From Nitrospirota bacterium (GTDB lineage Bacteria > Nitrospirota > Thermodesulfovibrionia > Thermodesulfovibrionales > Dissulfurispiraceae): a stretch of 51,724 bases of DNA. Position numbers and translations under genes: made by a program. Positions 48,923-51,724 of this stretch are shown piece by piece (position 1 is the first letter of the stretch; each line of letters starts with the position of its first letter). The notes under the pieces are model-generated. The model made no database searches and was not told the origin of the DNA. It worked only from the letters and a program-made list of their open reading frames with translations. The stretch is from the NCBI GenBank assembly GCA_040754455.1, contig JBFMCP010000022.1, positions 2,573 to 54,296 on the forward strand, written 5' to 3'.

Positions 48923-50374
48923 ATGATGGTTGAGGTTGCACGGTTGAGAAGAATAGATGATAACAGGCTGGAAGTGCCGAAAGATTATAAGCCCGGCATG
49001 AGGACGAACGGCATTATTTTCGTCGATAGAGTGCTGGAAGAGGAGCTCGAAAGCGGCTCCATTGAACAGGTGGCCAATGTCGCCACCTTGCCCGGCATTG
49101 TCGGTGCCTCTATGGCAATGCCCGATGTCCATACAGGGTATGGCTTTCCCATCGGCGGTGTCGCTGCCTTCGATATCGAAGAGGGCGTCATCTCGCCGGG
49201 CGGTGTCGGATACGATATCAACTGCGGCGTGCGGCTTCTCAGGAGCAATCTGAAGCGGGAGTTTATCGCTCCCCGGATGAAGCAGCTGGTCGAAGCGCTC
49301 TATAACGAGATCCCTTCGGGCGTCGGGTCAAAGGGAAGGGTGCGGCTCACCCAGGACGAATCGGAAAAGGTATTGGTCAAGGGGGCACGATGGGCAGTGG
49401 AGCGCGGCTTCGGCGTGACTGACGATCTCGAGAGGATCGAATCGCACGGATGCCTCGAAGGAGCGGACCCCTCGCTGATCAGCAGGAAAGCCTATGATCG
49501 TGGAGGTGCGCAGCAGGGGACACTCGGATCAGGGAATCACTTTCTTGAGGTGCAGTACGTTGATGAGATCTACGACGAGCAGGCCGGTAATGCATTGGGC
49601 CTTTTTAAAGACCAGGTGACGGTCATGATCCATACCGGCTCACGGGGCTTTGGCCATCAGGTCTGTACCGACTTCCTCGAAGTGATGAGCAGGGCGCTAC
49701 AGAAATACGGCATCGATCTGCCAGATCGGGAGCTCGCCTGCGCGCCCTTCAAGAGCCCTGAGGCGCAGAATTATCTTGCGGCGATGAAGGCTGCGGCAAA
49801 TTACGCCTGGGCCAACAGACAATGTCTCATGCACTGGACACGGGAGACGTTCATGACGGTGCTCAATCTGTCACCGGGAGATCTGGGCATGTCGCTCATC
49901 TATGATGTCGCCCATAACGTGGCAAAAGTGGAGGATCACATCGTTAACGGAAAGAAAAGAAAGTTAGTAGTCCACCGGAAGGGCAGCACGCGCGCCTTTC
50001 CGCCAGGGCATCCTGAATTGCCCGAGGTATACCGCCATCTCGGTCAGCCGGTGCTCATTCCCGGTGATATGGGAAGGGCCTCTTTTGTGCTCCTTGGAAC
50101 GGAGAAGGCGATGCAGGAGACGTTCGGTTCCACCTGCCATGGTGCTGGCAGGGTACTGTCGCGCCACCAGGCGATCAGGCAGGCAAAGGGCCGCTCCATA
50201 TGGCGCGAGCTGGAGGACAGGGGAATCTTTGTCAGGTCAGCAGGAAGAGAGACCCTCGCGGAAGAGATGTCCGAAGCGTACAAGGACGTCTCCGATGTCG
50301 TCAATGTGGTACACAACGCCGGTATCTCAAAAAAAGTGGCACGGTTGAGGCCGATGGGGGTCATCAAAGGATAA
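48923..50374 (+). CDS. rtcB: RNA ligase RtcB
   Basis: MPDVHTGYGFPIG, GVGYDINCG, GTLGSGNHFLE, HTGSRG, YDVAHN, HRKG, STCHGAGR. Confidence 0.97.
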   Translation: MMVEVARLRRIDDNRLEVPKDYKPGMRTNGIIFVDRVLEEELESGSIEQVANVATLPGIVGASMAMPDVHTGYGFPIGGVAAFDIEEGVISPGGVGYDINCGVRLLRSNLKREFIAPRMKQLVEALYNEIPSGVGSKGRVRLTQDESEKVLVKGARWAVERGFGVTDDLERIESHGCLEGADPSLISRKAYDRGGAQQGTLGSGNHFLEVQYVDEIYDEQAGNALGLFKDQVTVMIHTGSRGFGHQVCTDFLEVMSRALQKYGIDLPDRELACAPFKSPEAQNYLAAMKAAANYAWANRQCLMHWTRETFMTVLNLSPGDLGMSLIYDVAHNVAKVEDHIVNGKKRKLVVHRKGSTRAFPPGHPELPEVYRHLGQPVLIPGDMGRASFVLLGTEKAMQETFGSTCHGAGRVLSRHQAIRQAKGRSIWRELEDRGIFVRSAGRETLAEEMSEAYKDVSDVVNVVHNAGISKKVARLRPMGVIKG

Positions 50375-50377
50375 GGC

Positions 50378-50463
50378 AGTCATTAGTCATCGGTCATTTG
50401 TCATTATAAATAAACAACTGACAAACGACTATCGACCAATGACTATTGACTATTGACCAATGA
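50378..50463. repeat. Heptamer-periodic inverted-repeat element (GTCATT/AATGAC class)
   Basis: AGTCATT AGTCATC GGTCATT TGTCATT ... CAATGAC TATTGAC TATTGAC CAATGA; overlaps the mqnA ATG. Confidence 0.8.
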
Positions 50464-51308
50464 TCAACAGAAAACTGAGAATAGGAAGAATTCCCTACGC
50501 CAATCTCTTTCCGATCTTTTATGCACTGGAGCGCGTAGGCGACTTCTCGGCGTATGAGTTCGTGGAAGGAGTGCCCTCACGTCTCAACAGGATGCTCCGT
50601 GACGGGATGGTCGATGTAAGCCCCTCGTCATCGATAGAGTACCTGCGGTATCCCTCTTTCTACCGTATCGTCGAGGGCCACTCCATCAGCTCCAGAGGCC
50701 CCGTGGGGAGCATCTTTCTATTCTCTGAACGGCCGATCGAGGAATTAGGCGGCGCTGATATTGCTGTTACGTCTCAATCGGAGACCTCTGTCGCACTGCT
50801 CTCGATTATTCTTAAAAAGTTCTACGGTCTTCGCTGTACATTGACGGTTACCGATGATCCGGAGAACTCCGGCAAAGAGGCCTTTCTCCTGATCGGCGAT
50901 GATGCACTCAAATACAGCACGGGGGTGCGGAAGCGCGCAAGTACAGAAGAAAAGAATTTTGGGACTGCCGGTCTTCCGGTCTTTCGAGCTTGCGGGCTTA
51001 TGATGTACGATCTCGGTGATATCTGGTATAATCGCACCGGCCTTCCTTTTGTTTTTGCCCTCTGGATCATGAGACCTGAGGCCCGAAGAAATAAAAAACT
51101 CTTTGATAAATTTTTGGCGGACCTCGAGCACGCGAAAGAATATGCGTTGCAGCATCTTCCCGAGATTGCGAAGCATGCACCTGCGCGGAGCTTCATGTCC
51201 GAGGAAGACATCCTCGATTACTGGAACAAGCTCGACTATGAATTAACCGAGGACCATAAGAAAGGGCTCGATCTTTTCGGAAAATATATAAAGGAATTGA
51301 AACTCTAA
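50460..51308 (+). CDS. mqnA: Chorismate dehydratase MqnA (futalosine pathway)
   Basis: IGRIPYANLFP, SSIEY, GPVGSI, SETSV.L, LLIGDDAL, YDLG..W...TGLPFVFALW. Confidence 0.88.
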   Translation: MINRKLRIGRIPYANLFPIFYALERVGDFSAYEFVEGVPSRLNRMLRDGMVDVSPSSSIEYLRYPSFYRIVEGHSISSRGPVGSIFLFSERPIEELGGADIAVTSQSETSVALLSIILKKFYGLRCTLTVTDDPENSGKEAFLLIGDDALKYSTGVRKRASTEEKNFGTAGLPVFRACGLMMYDLGDIWYNRTGLPFVFALWIMRPEARRNKKLFDKFLADLEHAKEYALQHLPEIAKHAPARSFMSEEDILDYWNKLDYELTEDHKKGLDLFGKYIKELKL

Positions 51309-51424
51309 ATCCTAATATCTAAATTCGAAAACAAATTCGAATGTTCAAAATTCAAAACAATCTTTGCCATTTGGATTTAGAATTTTGCTATTGTTTAGAG
51401 TTTAGGATTTCGTGCTTAGGATTT
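51300..51424. repeat. Heptamer-periodic inverted-repeat element
   Basis: AAACTCT AAATCCT AATATCT AAATTCG ... GTTT AGAGTTT AGGATTT CGTGCTT AGGATTT. Confidence 0.8.
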
Positions 51425-51724
51425 CTATTTGATGAGTTGTTCGGTGAGGCTGAGGAGGAATTGGTTGAGGTTCTGGATGTCTTCGAACTTCAGGTTCCGG
51501 TAGACGTTGCCGATCTCCTTTATTACCATACCCTCTTTTATCAGGTCGATCAGCGCTTTGACGACGTTGCGGTCGAACTCGATATCGATGCCGTTGCAGA
51601 TGATGCTCAATGCCTTTTCGACGGGCATCGCAGACCGATAAGGACGGTCCGAAGTCAGCGCATCGAAAACGTCCGCTACGGCAACGATGCGCGCCGTAAA
51701 GCTGATCTCATCACCGGAGAGGCC
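51425..51724 (-). CDS. HD-GYP phosphodiesterase domain protein (C-terminal part; runs off the window)
   Basis: Minus frame reads GLSGDEISFTARIVAVADVFDALTSDRPYRSAMPVEKAL. Confidence 0.88.
   Translation of the reverse strand, partial: GLSGDEISFTARIVAVADVFDALTSDRPYRSAMPVEKALSIICNGIDIEFDRNVVKALIDLIKEGMVIKEIGNVYRNLKFEDIQNLNQFLLSLTEQLIK

Overview
Bacterial chromosomal window. Gene order and content suggest a Gram-negative anaerobe of Nitrospirota/Thermodesulfovibrionia or deltaproteobacterial type; this is an inference. The first 2.2 kb is the trailer end of a CRISPR array (37-bp repeat GTCTGAGAGACATATCCAATAAAACAAGGATTGAAAC; no cas genes in the window). The array is interrupted first by an internally deleted IS256-family element with an outward sigma70 promoter, then by a complete Phd/YefM-VapC toxin-antitoxin operon lying between two repeats. 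One spacer is antisense to an S24 (LexA/CI repressor) catalytic motif. A divergent stand-alone RelA/SpoT-like nucleotidyltransferase gene converges on the array. The rest is mostly housekeeping: namZ plus a MurU-AmgK fusion, archaeal-type SAM synthetase, def-fmt-rsmB-rpe cluster, PAS kinase plus GGDEF/EAL regulator, aroE, lptCAB-rpoN-hpf-rapZ-cysteine desulfurase, atpF'FHAGDC, an ABC exporter, cls, a sigma54-controlled TauE/TIGR02186/USP cluster, a GGQ rescue factor, archease-rtcB, mqnA and a partial HD-GYP gene. Non-coding signals include a probable orphan IS1111/IS110-type left end next to a structured 162-bp element, about 14 heptamer-periodic hairpin elements (several translated in frame), several apparently leaderless promoters, and a sigma54 site abutting the promoter of the rpoN operon. 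All protein calls come from motif recognition, not database searches.
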